Source: Nitrosospira sp. (GTDB taxonomy: Bacteria > Pseudomonadota > Gammaproteobacteria > Burkholderiales > Nitrosomonadaceae). From it: a DNA stretch of 43,913 nucleotides. The notes under the pieces are model-generated. The model did no database searches. It was given only the letters and a program-made list of their open reading frames with translations, and had not been told where the DNA came from. The translations under genes and the position numbers were made by a program. The stretch lies in the NCBI GenBank assembly GCA_043752345.1, contig JAYUYT010000112.1:1-43913 (forward strand), written 5' to 3'. Of the stretch, positions 19,215 to 30,120 are shown piece by piece. Position 1 is the stretch's first letter. The number at the start of each line of letters is the position of its first letter.

Positions 19215-22079
19215 ATGCAGCTTGCAACAGATAATACCAATCTAGTACTAGCGCCTAGTCATGATCTTTCTCCAGCTACTTTTTCCCAAGATTCACGCTA
19301 TTCCCAGCACAAAATAATTCGCCGTAATGGCTCAGTGGTTTCTTTCGAGCCGGGCAAGATTTCTATTGCCATGACCAAGGCGTTTATTGCTGTAAATGGC
19401 GGCCAGGGTGCGGTTTCCACTAGGGTGCGCGAAGTGGTTGGGCGCTTAACCAATGATGTGGTAAGTGCATTGTTACGCCATCAGCCGGAAGGCGGGACTT
19501 TCCATATTGAGGATATTCAGGATCAGGTAGAGCTTGCGCTGATGCGCTCTGGTGAGCACGATGTGGCGCGCGCCTACGTGCTTTATCGTGAGGAGCGGAC
19601 GCGGGAGCGGGCGAAACAAAAGGCAGAAGTTGCGGCAGAAGCCCCGGCCAGCATTCTGCACGTGCTGGAGAATGGCCGTAGAGTTCCGTTGGACACGGTA
19701 CGATTGCTGGCGCTGATCGAGTCCTCCTGTGCGGGCTTGGGTGAGACGGTTAACAGCACGCTGATACTTAAGGCCACATTGAAAGATCTGTACGATGGGG
19801 TGCCAGCAGAAGAGGTAAGAAAATCGGTCATTCTTTCTGCGCGTGCACTGATCGAGAAAGAGCCCGCCTACAGCTATGTGACCGCGCGGTTGCTGCTGCA
19901 TACCATCCGCTTCGAAGTGCTGGGTGAAGAAGTCGTACAGCAGGAGATGGTGTCACGCTACGCAGATTACTTCCCCAGCTTCATCAAGCGCGGTATCGAC
20001 GCTGAGCTGCTAGATGCACGCATGGCGCAGTTCGATCTGCCCCGTTTGGCGAAAATACTGGATGCTACCCGCGACCTTAAGTTTGGCTATCTTGGTCTGC
20101 AAACTTTGTATGACCGTTATTTCCTGCATGTGCAAGACCAGCGGATTGAGTTGCCACAGGCATTCTTTATGCGAGTGGCGATGGGACTTGCACTGAATGA
20201 GGTGGATCGCGAGGCACGCGCGATCGAGTTCTATCATGTGCTGTCAAACTTCGATTTCATGAGTTCTACCCCGACTCTGTTTAACTCCGGCACTTGTCGT
20301 TCGCAGCTGTCATCGTGTTATCTCACCACGGTGGCAGATAACCTTGACGGCATTTACGAGGCGATCAAGGAGAATGCGCTGCTCGCCAAGTATGCTGGTG
20401 GATTGGGCAATGACTGGACGCCAGTGCGGGCGATGGGTTCGCATATCAAGGGTACCAATGGCAAATCGCAAGGTGTGGTGCCATTCCTCAAGGTGGTGTC
20501 CGATACTGCGGTAGCAGTGAATCAGGGAGGCAAACGCAAGGGTGCGGTTTGTTCCTATCTGGAAACATGGCATCTGGATATCGAAGAATTCCTGGAACTG
20601 CGCAAAAATACCGGTGATGATCGTCGGCGCACCCACGACATGAACACTGCCAACTGGGTCCCCGACTTATTCATGAAACGAGTAATGGAAGGAGGGGAGT
20701 GGACGCTATTTTCGCCCTCAGATGTGCCTGACCTGCATGAAAAATTCGGCAAGCCGTTTGAACAAGCTTATCTTGCCTACGAGGAAAAGGCTGCATGCGG
20801 CGAACTGGGTTTATACAAAAAGATTCCTGCGCAGCAGCTGTGGCGCAAGATGCTTAGCATGTTATTCGAAACCGGGCACCCATGGATCACTTTCAAGGAC
20901 CCCTGCAACATCCGTTCACCCCAAAATCACGTTGGAGTGGTGCACAGTTCTAATCTTTGTACTGAGATTACCCTGAACACCAATGAGGACGAAATCGCAG
21001 TGTGCAATCTGGGTTCGGTCAATCTGGCAGCACACATCACCGACGGCAAGCTTGATGCCGACAAGCTCAAGCGCACTGTCAGCACCGCCATGCGTATGCT
21101 GGACAACGTAGTCGATATCAACTTCTATGCCGTTGCCAAAGCGCGCAACGCCAACCTCAAGCATCGTCCGGTGGGGTTAGGCATCATGGGTTTCCAAGAC
21201 TGTCTGCATATGTTGCGTATCCCCTATGCCTCCGAACAGGCGGTGGAGTTCGCTGACCGCTCAATGGAAGCGGTAGCATATCAGGCCTACTGGGCTTCCA
21301 CCGAATTGGCCGAGGAGCGCGGTTGCTACACCTCCTATCGCGGCAGTTTGTGGGATCGTGGGATTCTGCCTCAAGATACCCTTGATCTGCTGCGGGAAGA
21401 GCGCGGCGGCTATGTTGAAGTGGACACATCGGTTACGCTGGAATGGGATGCGCTGCGTAGCCGCATCAAGAAGCACGGCATGCGCAATTCGAATTGTCTG
21501 GCGATTGCACCAACCGCGACCATTTCCAACATTATCGGTGTGTCCGCCAGTATCGAGCCGACTTACCAAAATCTCTACGTTAAATCCAATCTGTCGGGGG
21601 AATTCACCATTGCCAACGAACGCTTGGTAAAAGATCTGAGAGAGCTTGGTCTCTGGGATGAAGTAATGATCTCTGATCTCAAGTATTTCGACGGCGCCCT
21701 GAGTAAGATAGACCGGGCACCAGCCGATATTCGCAGACTCTATGCCACCGCATTTGAGATCGAGCCACAGTGGCTGATCGAGGCGGCATCGCGGCGGCAA
21801 AAATGGATTGATCAGGCGCAGTCACTGAATATTTATATGGCAGGCGTTTCCGGCAGAAAGCTGGATGAAACCTACAAGCTGGCGTGGTTGCGTGGCCTGA
21901 AAACCACCTATTATCTGCGCACATTAGGTGCGACCTCAGCAGAAAAATCCACGGTTAAAACAGGCGTCTTGAACGCGGTACCCGCAGATGGCGGCATGAC
22001 TGCAACAAATGTGGTGTCGACAATGACCGAATTGAAATATTGTTCCATCGATACCCCCGAGTGCGAATCGTGCCAGTAA
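19215..22079 (+). CDS. nrdA: Class Ia ribonucleoside-diphosphate reductase alpha subunit
   Basis: A 954-aa protein with an N-terminal ATP-cone ([25 protein letters not shown]). It has the catalytic motifs [13 protein letters not shown] and [11 protein letters not shown], and a C-terminal tail ending CESCQ. The RBS is AAGGAGAG. Confidence 0.95.
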   Translation: MQLATDNTNLVLAPSHDLSPATFSQDSRYSQHKIIRRNGSVVSFEPGKISIAMTKAFIAVNGGQGAVSTRVREVVGRLTNDVVSALLRHQPEGGTFHIEDIQDQVELALMRSGEHDVARAYVLYREERTRERAKQKAEVAAEAPASILHVLENGRRVPLDTVRLLALIESSCAGLGETVNSTLILKATLKDLYDGVPAEEVRKSVILSARALIEKEPAYSYVTARLLLHTIRFEVLGEEVVQQEMVSRYADYFPSFIKRGIDAELLDARMAQFDLPRLAKILDATRDLKFGYLGLQTLYDRYFLHVQDQRIELPQAFFMRVAMGLALNEVDREARAIEFYHVLSNFDFMSSTPTLFNSGTCRSQLSSCYLTTVADNLDGIYEAIKENALLAKYAGGLGNDWTPVRAMGSHIKGTNGKSQGVVPFLKVVSDTAVAVNQGGKRKGAVCSYLETWHLDIEEFLELRKNTGDDRRRTHDMNTANWVPDLFMKRVMEGGEWTLFSPSDVPDLHEKFGKPFEQAYLAYEEKAACGELGLYKKIPAQQLWRKMLSMLFETGHPWITFKDPCNIRSPQNHVGVVHSSNLCTEITLNTNEDEIAVCNLGSVNLAAHITDGKLDADKLKRTVSTAMRMLDNVVDINFYAVAKARNANLKHRPVGLGIMGFQDCLHMLRIPYASEQAVEFADRSMEAVAYQAYWASTELAEERGCYTSYRGSLWDRGILPQDTLDLLREERGGYVEVDTSVTLEWDALRSRIKKHGMRNSNCLAIAPTATISNIIGVSASIEPTYQNLYVKSNLSGEFTIANERLVKDLRELGLWDEVMISDLKYFDGALSKIDRAPADIRRLYATAFEIEPQWLIEAASRRQKWIDQAQSLNIYMAGVSGRKLDETYKLAWLRGLKTTYYLRTLGATSAEKSTVKTGVLNAVPADGGMTATNVVSTMTELKYCSIDTPECESCQ

Positions 22080-22114
22080 TTCGCGCAGCATCAGGAATAA
22101 AAGGAGAAGAAAAT

Positions 22115-23317
22115 ATGCTGACATTCGAGAACGAACCGGTGCAATCGGGAATTTCGTTATTGCAGGGGACATCGGGTAGTGCGCAGATGTTGCCCATTTC
22201 CGGGCGAAGACTGCAAGTCGCTAGTGGTGTGACGGTTGTTGGAGGTACTGAAATAAGAAGCAGTAAAGGCAGCGAACGTTCTGCTGTTGGGAGCTCTAAT
22301 CGCCGCATATCGGTGGAAGATAAGCAGATTATAAATTGCAAGGCGGATGTCAACCAGCTGGTGCCATTCAAGTACAAGTGGGCATGGGAAAAATATCTTT
22401 CCGCCTGCGCCAACCACTGGATGCCGCAGGAAATTAATATGAGCCGCGACATTGCTACCTGGAAAGATCCCAACGGACTGACTGAGGATGAGCGCCGCCT
22501 GATCAAACGCAACCTGGGATTTTTTGTCACAGCCGATTCGCTGGCCGCTAACAATATTGTGCTCGGCACCTACCGTCACATTACCAATCCGGAATGCCGC
22601 CAATACCTTCTGCGCCAGGCATTCGAGGAGGCAATTCATACCCATGCCTATCAGTACATCGTCGAGTCGCTGGGCCTGGACGAGGGCGAGATTTTCAATG
22701 CCTATCACGAGGTGGCGTCAATCCGTGACAAGGACGAATTCCTGATCCCATTCATTGACATACTTACCGACCCGCACTTTGAGACCGGTACGCTGGAGAC
22801 TGACCAGAAGTTATTGAGAAGCCTGATCGTGTTCGCTTGCATCATGGAAGGGCTGTTTTTTTACGTCGGTTTTACGCAAATCCTGGCACTGGGGAGGCAG
22901 AACAAAATGACTGGTGCGGCAGAGCAGTATCAGTACATTCTGCGGGACGAGTCCATGCACTGCAATTTTGGTATTGATGTTATCAACCAGATCAAGATGG
23001 AAAACCCACATCTCTGGACTAGAGAGTTTCGCGATGAAATCAATGGGCTGATGCAAAAAGCGGTGGAACTGGAATATCGCTATGCCGAAGACACCATGCC
23101 ACGTGGGGTATTGGGGATGAATGCGCCGATGTTCAAAGAGTATCTGCGCTACATTGCCAATCGTCGCTGCCAGCAGATCGGATTGGATACTCTTTATCCG
23201 GGTGCCAATAATCCGTTTCCATGGATGTCAGAAATGATAGACCTCAAAAAAGAGAAGAACTTTTTTGAAACCCGTGTTACCGAATATCAGACCGGTGGTG
23301 CGCTTAGCTGGGACTGA
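22115..23317 (+). CDS. nrdB: Class Ia ribonucleoside-diphosphate reductase beta subunit
   Basis: Shows [17 protein letters not shown] and the di-iron/tyrosyl motifs ([32 protein letters not shown]). The ATG at 22115 follows AAAGGAGAAG. The tracked start at 22040 overlaps the nrdA end and is rejected. Confidence 0.9.
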   Translation: MLTFENEPVQSGISLLQGTSGSAQMLPISGRRLQVASGVTVVGGTEIRSSKGSERSAVGSSNRRISVEDKQIINCKADVNQLVPFKYKWAWEKYLSACANHWMPQEINMSRDIATWKDPNGLTEDERRLIKRNLGFFVTADSLAANNIVLGTYRHITNPECRQYLLRQAFEEAIHTHAYQYIVESLGLDEGEIFNAYHEVASIRDKDEFLIPFIDILTDPHFETGTLETDQKLLRSLIVFACIMEGLFFYVGFTQILALGRQNKMTGAAEQYQYILRDESMHCNFGIDVINQIKMENPHLWTREFRDEINGLMQKAVELEYRYAEDTMPRGVLGMNAPMFKEYLRYIANRRCQQIGLDTLYPGANNPFPWMSEMIDLKKEKNFFETRVTEYQTGGALSWD

Positions 23318-23720
23318 AATGGAGAAAGGGCATTGCATTAATATGCTGATGACAATGTGGTGTGTACCAACATTTCGTTAATGGTATGAAATATGTGATG
23401 TACTCGCGTGAGGTTGCGGCTGCTGGTATTTTTTATAGCATGAATAGATTAAAGAAATTAAAGAAAATCAATATTGATCCGATAGAGAAAAAGGTGTTGT
23501 GAATAGATGGGATTAATCTGGATGTGAATGTGCTGTCCGAGAATATTGTAAGCAGAGCTAGGAAAGAGAGTCCTGCTGCATTAAAGGAACTACGGTTAGG
23601 TTTTGGTGAACGCGGCTTCTGCTGTTTGTCTGCGGTTCCAAAATTTGCCAGTAGTAGTAGGTGTAGTCGTAGTAAATGTAGAAAGTTGTAACCCTGTGTA
23701 ACTTTAATCTGGAGGTTGAA

Positions 23721-24104
23721 ATGGCAACTACCAAGAAACCCGCAGCAAAGAAACCTGCCGCTAAGAAGGCGGCTGTGAAGTCAGCGGCTAAGAAAAAAGC
23801 CCCGGCCAAGAAAGCTGCTCCGGCCAAAAAGGCTGCTCCAAAGAAAAAAGCTGCTCCGGCCAAGAAAGCTGCTCCACAGAAAAAAGCTGCTCCGGCCAAG
23901 AAAGCTGCTCCGGCCAAGAAAGCTGCTCCAAAGAAAAAAGCTGCTCCGGCCAAGAAAGTTGCTCCAAAGAAAAAAGCTGCTCCAGCCAAGAAAGCTGCAC
24001 CAGCGAAAAAGGCTGCAGCAAGACCGACGGCGAGCACATCTACTCTGGACATCAGCAGTCCTACTTCCAGCTGGCCGTTTCCGCTTTCGGGTTCACGCCC
24101 CTAA
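23721..24104 (+). CDS. Histone H1-like / AlgP-like Lys-Ala-Pro repeat DNA-binding protein
   Basis: RBS GGAGG. Almost all of the 127 aa are (K)KAAPAKK repeats, followed by a non-repeat tail (…PTSSWPFPLSGSRP). The opposite-strand ORF 23558-24052 is a low-complexity shadow. Confidence 0.8.
   Translation: MATTKKPAAKKPAAKKAAVKSAAKKKAPAKKAAPAKKAAPKKKAAPAKKAAPQKKAAPAKKAAPAKKAAPKKKAAPAKKVAPKKKAAPAKKAAPAKKAAARPTASTSTLDISSPTSSWPFPLSGSRP
23790..24015 (+). repeat. In-frame tandem repeats (18-bp KKAAPA units within an 84-bp higher-order unit)
   Basis: The unit aagaaagctgctccggcc is iterated. Blocks starting near 23804 and 23888 are near-identical over about 84 bp. Confidence 0.8.
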
Positions 24105-24529
24105 GCCGGACGGTTACTGCTGTGGATCGGCTCACTATCTGGGAAGGTAATGGGTTGATCCACAGATTTTAGTCTGCTGTTTGAGCGCTTTGTTTTCATT
24201 AACAAGCAGCGCGCTGGTTTTCTATCTTCTGTCGCAACTTGTGCTTTGCTGTGCAAGCGCGCTGTCACCTATTTTCCTTGTCAAATGGAAATCAAGGCTG
24301 CCGCCTTAAATCCGCGCTCACCCCTATCGGACATACCTCATCGAATTTAAGTCACCTATTTGACTGCTATTTGGCGTTACAAATGGCCTATAGACAAGCA
24401 TGTCCTGAAGATGTATAGTTCATTTGCCATTACTCTCTGAAACAGAGGAGTAAACGTTAGGGTAGCACGCGTACTGGCAGGATTGGCGCATTTGCTCTAT
24501 GCGCAATAATTAACTTTATGGAGGGAGAC

Positions 24530-25609
24530 ATGAGTAAAGTTGTTCAAGCAGTCGTCGGCTTAGGACTGTTATGTTTTGGCGCTGCATCGGTGTCGTGGGC
24601 AGATCCTGCCGATAAGCTACCGAGAGTGAAGCAGGAATTGGTGAAGCCACCCTTCTTGCCAAAGCATGACCAGGTTTCTAAAGGCCCCAGGGTCGTGGAA
24701 GTGCGCATGACCATGGAAGAAAAACTCATACAAATTGATGCCGCTGGCACAAAGGTATGGGCCTTGACTTTCAACGGTACCGTACCTGGTCCGCTAATCG
24801 TAGTAAGCGAAGGTGATTACGTTGAAGTCACCCTGGTCAATCCCAAAACCAGCACGATGGCGCATAACGCTGACTTTCATGCGGCGACTGGTGCATTGGG
24901 CGGGGCAGGCTTGAACTTGGTGCAACCTGGTGAAGAAGTCACAATACGTTGGAAAGCGATCAAGACCGGCGTATTTGTCTATCACTGCGCTCCTGGCGGA
25001 ACCATGATCCCGTTTCACGTCATTTCCGGCATGAGCGGTGCCGTTATGGTGCTGCCCAAGAATGGTCTGACAGACAACAAGGGCAAGTCATGGAAGTATG
25101 ACCGGGCTTATTACATCGGCGAGCAGGATTTTTACATCCCCAAGGATGCGGATGGAAAATACAAAACCTACGCTCAACCGCTCGAAGGCATGGCCGATAT
25201 GCTGGAACTGTCGAAAGGGCTTATCCCGACTCATGTAGTGTTCAACGGTGCAGCAGGCGCGTTGACCGGCCCGAATGCACTCACCGCAAAAGTGGGTGAG
25301 AAAGTTCTGTTCATTCACTCCCAGGCCAATCGTGATTCCCGTCCGCATCTGATCGGTGGTCATGGCGACCTGGTGTGGCAAGGCGGTTCGTTCAATGACC
25401 CCCCCATCACCAATCAGGAAACCTGGTGGGTCCCGGGTGGCTCTGCGGTAGCTGCTGGGTATGAGTTCATTCAGCCTGGCTTGTATGTGTACCTGAGCCA
25501 TAACCTGATCGAAGCAGTATTGCTGGGAGCTGCAGCGCATATGATGGTCGAAGGCAAGTGGGACGACGACATGATGAAACAAATCAAGAAGCCGGCACCG
25601 TCGAAGTAA
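24530..25609 (+). CDS. nirK: Copper-containing nitrite reductase NirK
   Basis: Has a signal peptide and the type 1/type 2 Cu ligand motifs ([27 protein letters not shown]-like [25 protein letters not shown]). The ATG at 24530 lies directly after GGAGGGAGAC. Confidence 0.9.
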   Translation: MSKVVQAVVGLGLLCFGAASVSWADPADKLPRVKQELVKPPFLPKHDQVSKGPRVVEVRMTMEEKLIQIDAAGTKVWALTFNGTVPGPLIVVSEGDYVEVTLVNPKTSTMAHNADFHAATGALGGAGLNLVQPGEEVTIRWKAIKTGVFVYHCAPGGTMIPFHVISGMSGAVMVLPKNGLTDNKGKSWKYDRAYYIGEQDFYIPKDADGKYKTYAQPLEGMADMLELSKGLIPTHVVFNGAAGALTGPNALTAKVGEKVLFIHSQANRDSRPHLIGGHGDLVWQGGSFNDPPITNQETWWVPGGSAVAAGYEFIQPGLYVYLSHNLIEAVLLGAAAHMMVEGKWDDDMMKQIKKPAPSK

Positions 25610-25636
25610 AAGACTTATCAGGGTCGCAATAAACCC

Positions 25637-25676
25637 AACGCGGCTTCAACCACATGGTTGAAGCCGCGTTTTTTTG
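25637..25676 (+). terminator. Rho-independent terminator after nirK
   Basis: A 15-bp perfect stem (aacgcggcttcaacc / ggttgaagccgcgtt) with a 4-nt loop and a T-run. Confidence 0.8.
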
Positions 25677-25909
25677 TGCAGTGCGTTCGTTACGCAGGAC
25701 TCTGCAGGAACATGGTATGCGGAAGCAGATCATTTCGGGCGGGCACTCTCGAGATTGGAACTGCAGCATTATTCTTGTCCGCTAGCTGCGGACAAGGGAT
25801 AATGGCGAGCTAGGAATGTTCCTTACTGTCAGGTTTTTCATGCGAGGGAGGGTGCGTATCGATAGACGCTACGCGGCCTGAATTCCTGGAATCATGTCTT
25901 GGGTCAACT

Positions 25910-26473
25910 ATGCTGCTGATGATCGACAACTACGATTCCTTCACCTACAACCTGGTGCAATATTTTGGCGAACTGGGTGAGGAGGTGGTGGTGTTCCGCA
26001 ACGACGAGATCACGCCGGCTGAAGTCGCACGTCTTAAACCTGCGCATATCGTTATTTCTCCGGGTCCGTGCACACCCACTGAAGCCGGCGTGTCGGTGCC
26101 GGTGATCGAATGCTACAGTGGCCAGATTCCCATCCTGGGCGTATGTCTTGGTCATCAGAGTATAGGCCAGGCTTTTGGTGGCAAGATCGTCCATGCCAAG
26201 CAGCTCATGCACGGCAAGACTTCGCCGATTTTTCACAGCAACACCGGGGTGTTCCGCGACCTGCCAAATCCGTTCACGGCAACCCGTTACCATTCACTGG
26301 CCATCGAGCGTGACAGCTTGCCGGATTGCCTGGAAATCACCGCTTGGACGGAAGATGGAGAAATCATGGGTGTCCGCCACAAGACTCTGGCGATTGAAGG
26401 CGTACAGTTTCATCCCGAATCTATTTTAACCGAGCATGGACACAAGTTGCTGGAGAATTTTCTTGAGCAGTAA
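25910..26473 (+). CDS. trpG: Anthranilate synthase component II (glutamine amidotransferase; TrpG/PabA type)
   Basis: Shows [18 protein letters not shown], the catalytic motif [10 protein letters not shown], and GVQFHPES. Confidence 0.9.
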   Translation: MLLMIDNYDSFTYNLVQYFGELGEEVVVFRNDEITPAEVARLKPAHIVISPGPCTPTEAGVSVPVIECYSGQIPILGVCLGHQSIGQAFGGKIVHAKQLMHGKTSPIFHSNTGVFRDLPNPFTATRYHSLAIERDSLPDCLEITAWTEDGEIMGVRHKTLAIEGVQFHPESILTEHGHKLLENFLEQ

Positions 26474-26512
26474 ACCATGGTGGCAGTGCGCGTACCACAA
26501 GGACAGCCAATC

Positions 26513-27547
26513 ATGAAACCGCAAGAAGCGCTGACCCGTATCATCGAGCACCGCGAAATTCAGCATGACGAGATGCTGTCGCTGATGCGTCAGATTATGC
26601 GTGGGGAGATGTCGCCGGTGCTGATTGCGGCCATCATCATCGGGTTGCGGGTAAAACAAGAAACTGTCGGTGAAATTAGCGCTGCTGCGCAGGTGATGCG
26701 TGAATTTTCCACCAAGGTGGAAGTGGCAAACCGCCAACATCTGGTGGACACTTGCGGCACCGGCGGTGACGCTGCGCATACTTTCAATATTTCCACCGCA
26801 GCGGCTTTTGTCGCTGCGGCTGCCGGGGCGCGGGTCGCCAAGCACGGCGGACGATCGGTTTCGAGCAAGTCGGGCAGTGCCGATGTGCTCGAAGCTCTCG
26901 GTGTCAACCTCAATCAAACACCGCAGCAGGTGGCGCAAGACATCAGCGGAATCGGTGTAGGTTTCATGTTTGCCCCCAATTTTCACAGCGCCATGAAACA
27001 TGCAGCGCCGGTACGGCGTGAATTGGGAGTGCGCACCCTGTTCAATATTCTGGGGCCGTTGACCAATCCTGCCGGGGCAGAGAATCAGGTACTGGGTGTG
27101 TTTCACCCCGATCTAGTCGGGGTGTTGACGCGAGTGCTGCAGTGCCTCGGCAGCCAGCACGTACTGGTGGTGCATGGTAAAGATGGACTGGATGAAATCA
27201 CCATCGCCGGCGAAACCCGGGTGGGCGAACTCAGGCACGGTGTAGTGTCCGAGTACATCATCAAACCGGAAGATTTCGGCATGCAGACCAGCGCCATCGA
27301 AAGCATACAAGTGCAAGATGGCAGCCAGTCCAGAGACATGCTGCTGTCGGTGCTGGATAACCAGCCCGGTCCGGCTCTGGATATCGTGCTACTCAATGCA
27401 GGCGCAGCAATTTATGTTGCCGGCGTGGCAGAGTCGCTGCAGCAGGGTATAAATAAAGCTCGTGCGGCAGTGGAGAGTGGCGCGGCTAGAGCGAAGCTGC
27501 GGCAACTGGTAGAGTTTTCTAACCGGGGCAAAGCTTCGGCAGATTAA
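26513..27547 (+). CDS. trpD: Anthranilate phosphoribosyltransferase
   Basis: Shows [49 protein letters not shown] and [14 protein letters not shown]. The ATG at 26513 follows AAGGA. The tracked start at 26477 lacks an RBS. Confidence 0.9.
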   Translation: MKPQEALTRIIEHREIQHDEMLSLMRQIMRGEMSPVLIAAIIIGLRVKQETVGEISAAAQVMREFSTKVEVANRQHLVDTCGTGGDAAHTFNISTAAAFVAAAAGARVAKHGGRSVSSKSGSADVLEALGVNLNQTPQQVAQDISGIGVGFMFAPNFHSAMKHAAPVRRELGVRTLFNILGPLTNPAGAENQVLGVFHPDLVGVLTRVLQCLGSQHVLVVHGKDGLDEITIAGETRVGELRHGVVSEYIIKPEDFGMQTSAIESIQVQDGSQSRDMLLSVLDNQPGPALDIVLLNAGAAIYVAGVAESLQQGINKARAAVESGAARAKLRQLVEFSNRGKASAD

Positions 27548-27550
27548 ATA

Positions 27551-28375
27551 ATGTCTGACATTCTGCAAAAAATCCTTGCTGTTAAAGTGCAAGAAATTGC
27601 TGCCGCAAAAGCTGTCAAGCCTCTCGCCATATTGCGCACCGCTGCGGAAACTGCCGCGCCGCCACGGGATTTCACCGGCGCGATCCGCAAAAAAATTGCT
27701 GCCGGACTGCCCGCAGTAATTGCGGAAATCAAGCAGGCCAGTCCCAGCAGAGGCGTCCTTTGCGAGAATTTCGTTCCGGCCAGTATCGCCGCCAGCTATG
27801 CGCGGCACGGTGCCGCCTGCCTGTCGGTGCTAACCGACCGGCAGTTTTTCCAGGGCAGTGCGCAATATCTGCAGCAGGCGCGCGCCGCCTGCGATCTGCC
27901 GGTGTTGCGCAAGGATTTCATGTTGGATGAGTATCAGGTGGTGGAAGCCCGCGCCATGGGCGCGGACTGCATTCTGCTGATCGTTGCGGTTTTCCACACG
28001 CTTGTTGGCGCAAACGAGGGGGGGGGTGCGGCAGTCGGTCAAATGCGCCAGCTCGAATCGCTTGCGCATTCACTTGGTATGGCAGTGCTAATCGAAGTCC
28101 ACGATGCGCTGGAACTGGAACTGGCACTGCAGTTAAACACTCCGCTGATCGGCATCAACAACCGCAATTTGCGCACCTTCGAAACCCGGCTGGAGACCAC
28201 GCTGCAACTGCTTGACCGTATCCCGCCAGAGCGCATCGTGGTTACCGAAAGCGGCATAAGTGCGCCCGCTGATGTTACTCGGCTACGCGCCCATCAGGTC
28301 CACGCTTTCTTGGTGGGTGAAGCCTTCATGCGAGCCGCCGATCCAGGGCTGGAACTGGCGCATTTGTTCGGGTAA
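27551..28375 (+). CDS. trpC: Indole-3-glycerol phosphate synthase (with an atypical internal insertion)
   Basis: Shows [11 protein letters not shown](R/K)G, LSVLTD, LRKDF, GINNRNL and ESGI. It follows trpD by 3 nt. Confidence 0.9.
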   Translation: MSDILQKILAVKVQEIAAAKAVKPLAILRTAAETAAPPRDFTGAIRKKIAAGLPAVIAEIKQASPSRGVLCENFVPASIAASYARHGAACLSVLTDRQFFQGSAQYLQQARAACDLPVLRKDFMLDEYQVVEARAMGADCILLIVAVFHTLVGANEGGGAAVGQMRQLESLAHSLGMAVLIEVHDALELELALQLNTPLIGINNRNLRTFETRLETTLQLLDRIPPERIVVTESGISAPADVTRLRAHQVHAFLVGEAFMRAADPGLELAHLFG

Positions 28376-28654
28376 AATGATATTTATACGGCATTGTGAT
28401 TGCCGTATTTGATAGTGTAATCAGGGCAGGAATGGCGGCAAAAAGATTTTGTTACAGTTTTGTTGCATAAAAGCAACACATGCTCTAGTTACCTTCCAAA
28501 AAATACTTGATTTCCTTGCTACTCACTTCCGCCTTAGGCACAATTCATCCAACCTTCTCAACTTGAGGGGTCCAAGCTGCGGGACGCACTCCACCGCGAA
28601 TCTGACGGTGAGAAGATGTAGCTCGTTGTTTCAACTTTAAAGGAGATTTTCCGC

Positions 28655-29899
28655 ATGAAAAAGAAACTGATTGCACTAGCAGTCGCTGGTGCGCTCGCGG
28701 TCCCGGTAGTTGCATCTGCGCAGGGAACGAACGTCACGATTTTTGGTCGGGTCCAGGCTGAATACAGCGGTGTTGATAACGGCAATACTCCCTATCAATC
28801 AGGTATCTCGGACAATTCCCGGTCGTCGCGCTGGGGTTTGCAGATCACTGAAGATCTGGGCCGTGGCCTGAAAGCCAACGCCCGCATGGAAATGGGCCTG
28901 AACACTGGCGCCGGTGCGGCCTCCACCCCGCGCGAGCAGTGGGTTGGTCTGTCCAGCAATAATTGGGGCGATGTAAAATTTGGTCGCGTCCAGTCGCCAT
29001 TCAAGGATTTTGCCGGTGGTATGACGATAGATCCATTTGCCTACACCACCCTGCAAGCCAACGGTGCCGGTGGTACCATGACCGGCAGCGCCAACGGTAT
29101 GGGTTCTGGCGCAAACAGTTTTGTCAACAGCGCGATCCGTTTTGACTCCGTCAACGTGACAGGTTTCTCTTTTGCCGGTATGTTGATGCCAGGCGATGCC
29201 AACAGTCTTGACCCTGGTCAGAATACTGCCGCTGGTCTTGGTGGCCTGCAGCCTGCTGGTCTGGGAGCTTTCGGCAATACTGGCGGCAAGGACGGCGAGT
29301 TTGATGGCCAAGCAGCAGGCAAATACGTCTTTAATTACGCGGGCTTTGACGCGAGCCTATTCGGCGGCTATTCGCGCGACAACGCTAGCGCTGCCCAGAA
29401 GGCTCTGGGTCTCAGGGCCGAGGAAAACTGGCGTGTCGGCACGACCTTGAAGTATGAAAACTTCCAAGTTGTCGGTCAGTACGAAAGGGTAGTCAACGCC
29501 ATCGGTGCCGCCACTTGTTCCAGCGGCGCTGCATTGGCCGCCAATCCACTGGATGTAAATAGCAGCGGGCAGTGCAATTCCGCGATGAATCTGGGCGCTG
29601 ATGGCGATATCTGGCACGTCGGTACCAACTACAAGTGGGGCAATACCCTGCTGGTGGCGCAAGGCGGTATGACCAAAGCTGAGGCGGGCGGAATTGGCGC
29701 ATCAACAGCAGCTCGCGAGAACAGAAGCTTCACCGTAGGCGCGATCCATAGCTTGAGCAAGCGTACCAGCCTGTTCGGCGGCTTCCAGCGCGTATCCCTC
29801 GGTATGCCAGGGAGTGGTCACGAGGATCAGGGTACACAAGATTCTACCCGGTCAGGTGTGCGCAACACTTGGACGATCGGTATGCGTCACAATTTCTAA
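28655..29899 (+). CDS. Outer-membrane general porin (Gram-negative porin family)
   Basis: Has a signal peptide (MKKKLIALAVAGALAVPVVASA|QG). The start VTIFGRVQAEY and terminal …WTIGMRHNF match the trimeric porin pattern, and the sequence shows alternating beta-strand periodicity. Confidence 0.85.
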   Translation: MKKKLIALAVAGALAVPVVASAQGTNVTIFGRVQAEYSGVDNGNTPYQSGISDNSRSSRWGLQITEDLGRGLKANARMEMGLNTGAGAASTPREQWVGLSSNNWGDVKFGRVQSPFKDFAGGMTIDPFAYTTLQANGAGGTMTGSANGMGSGANSFVNSAIRFDSVNVTGFSFAGMLMPGDANSLDPGQNTAAGLGGLQPAGLGAFGNTGGKDGEFDGQAAGKYVFNYAGFDASLFGGYSRDNASAAQKALGLRAEENWRVGTTLKYENFQVVGQYERVVNAIGAATCSSGAALAANPLDVNSSGQCNSAMNLGADGDIWHVGTNYKWGNTLLVAQGGMTKAEAGGIGASTAARENRSFTVGAIHSLSKRTSLFGGFQRVSLGMPGSGHEDQGTQDSTRSGVRNTWTIGMRHNF

Positions 29900-29917
29900 T
29901 CGAGTCTTGATTAGTTG

Positions 29918-29948
29918 AAAATGGAGCGCTGCGGCGCTCCATTTTTTT
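29918..29948 (+). terminator. Rho-independent terminator after the porin gene
   Basis: Stem atggagcgc / gcgctccat with loop tgcg, followed by T7. Confidence 0.8.
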
Positions 29949-30120
29949 ACCTGTTTCCCCCTTATCCGTACAACATACTAAGACTTTCGGCATGGGCTGT
30001 ACCGCCTTGGAGTTGCAGCTATAACCCTGTCGCAGCCGCGTGTTTAATTTGTGCGGCATACATGCTAATATTTCGATTTAGCATGCGGACAATGCAGCAG
30101 AGCAAATAATAACGAGGGGG

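Noticed and set aside
22040-22114. Upstream start for nrdB overlapping the nrdA 3' end
   Set aside because: The ATG at 22115 has a consensus AAAGGAGAAG RBS, and the extra 25 residues have no counterpart in NrdB.
23790-24015. Regularly spaced short repeats that could be mistaken for a CRISPR array
   Set aside because: The units are contiguous with no unique spacers, sit in frame inside a coding sequence, and encode KKAAPA. This is not a repeat-spacer architecture.
23558-24052. 164-aa minus-strand ORF rich in Ala/Phe/Gly (AAFLAGAAFFFG repeats)
   Set aside because: It is the antisense shadow of the KKAAPA repeat gene. The low-complexity repeat keeps the opposite frame open, and there is no RBS or independent support.
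24270-24300. Possible FNR/Dnr box (ttgtcaaatggaaatcaa) upstream of nirK
   Set aside because: The half-site spacing does not fit TTGAT-N4-ATCAA, and only the right half matches.
30061-30085. 8-bp inverted repeat catgctaa-N9-ttagcatg upstream of the ispH remnant as a hopanoid-cluster operator
   Set aside because: It is a single short palindrome in an AT-richer spacer with no second copy in the window and no known regulator motif. The evidence is insufficient.
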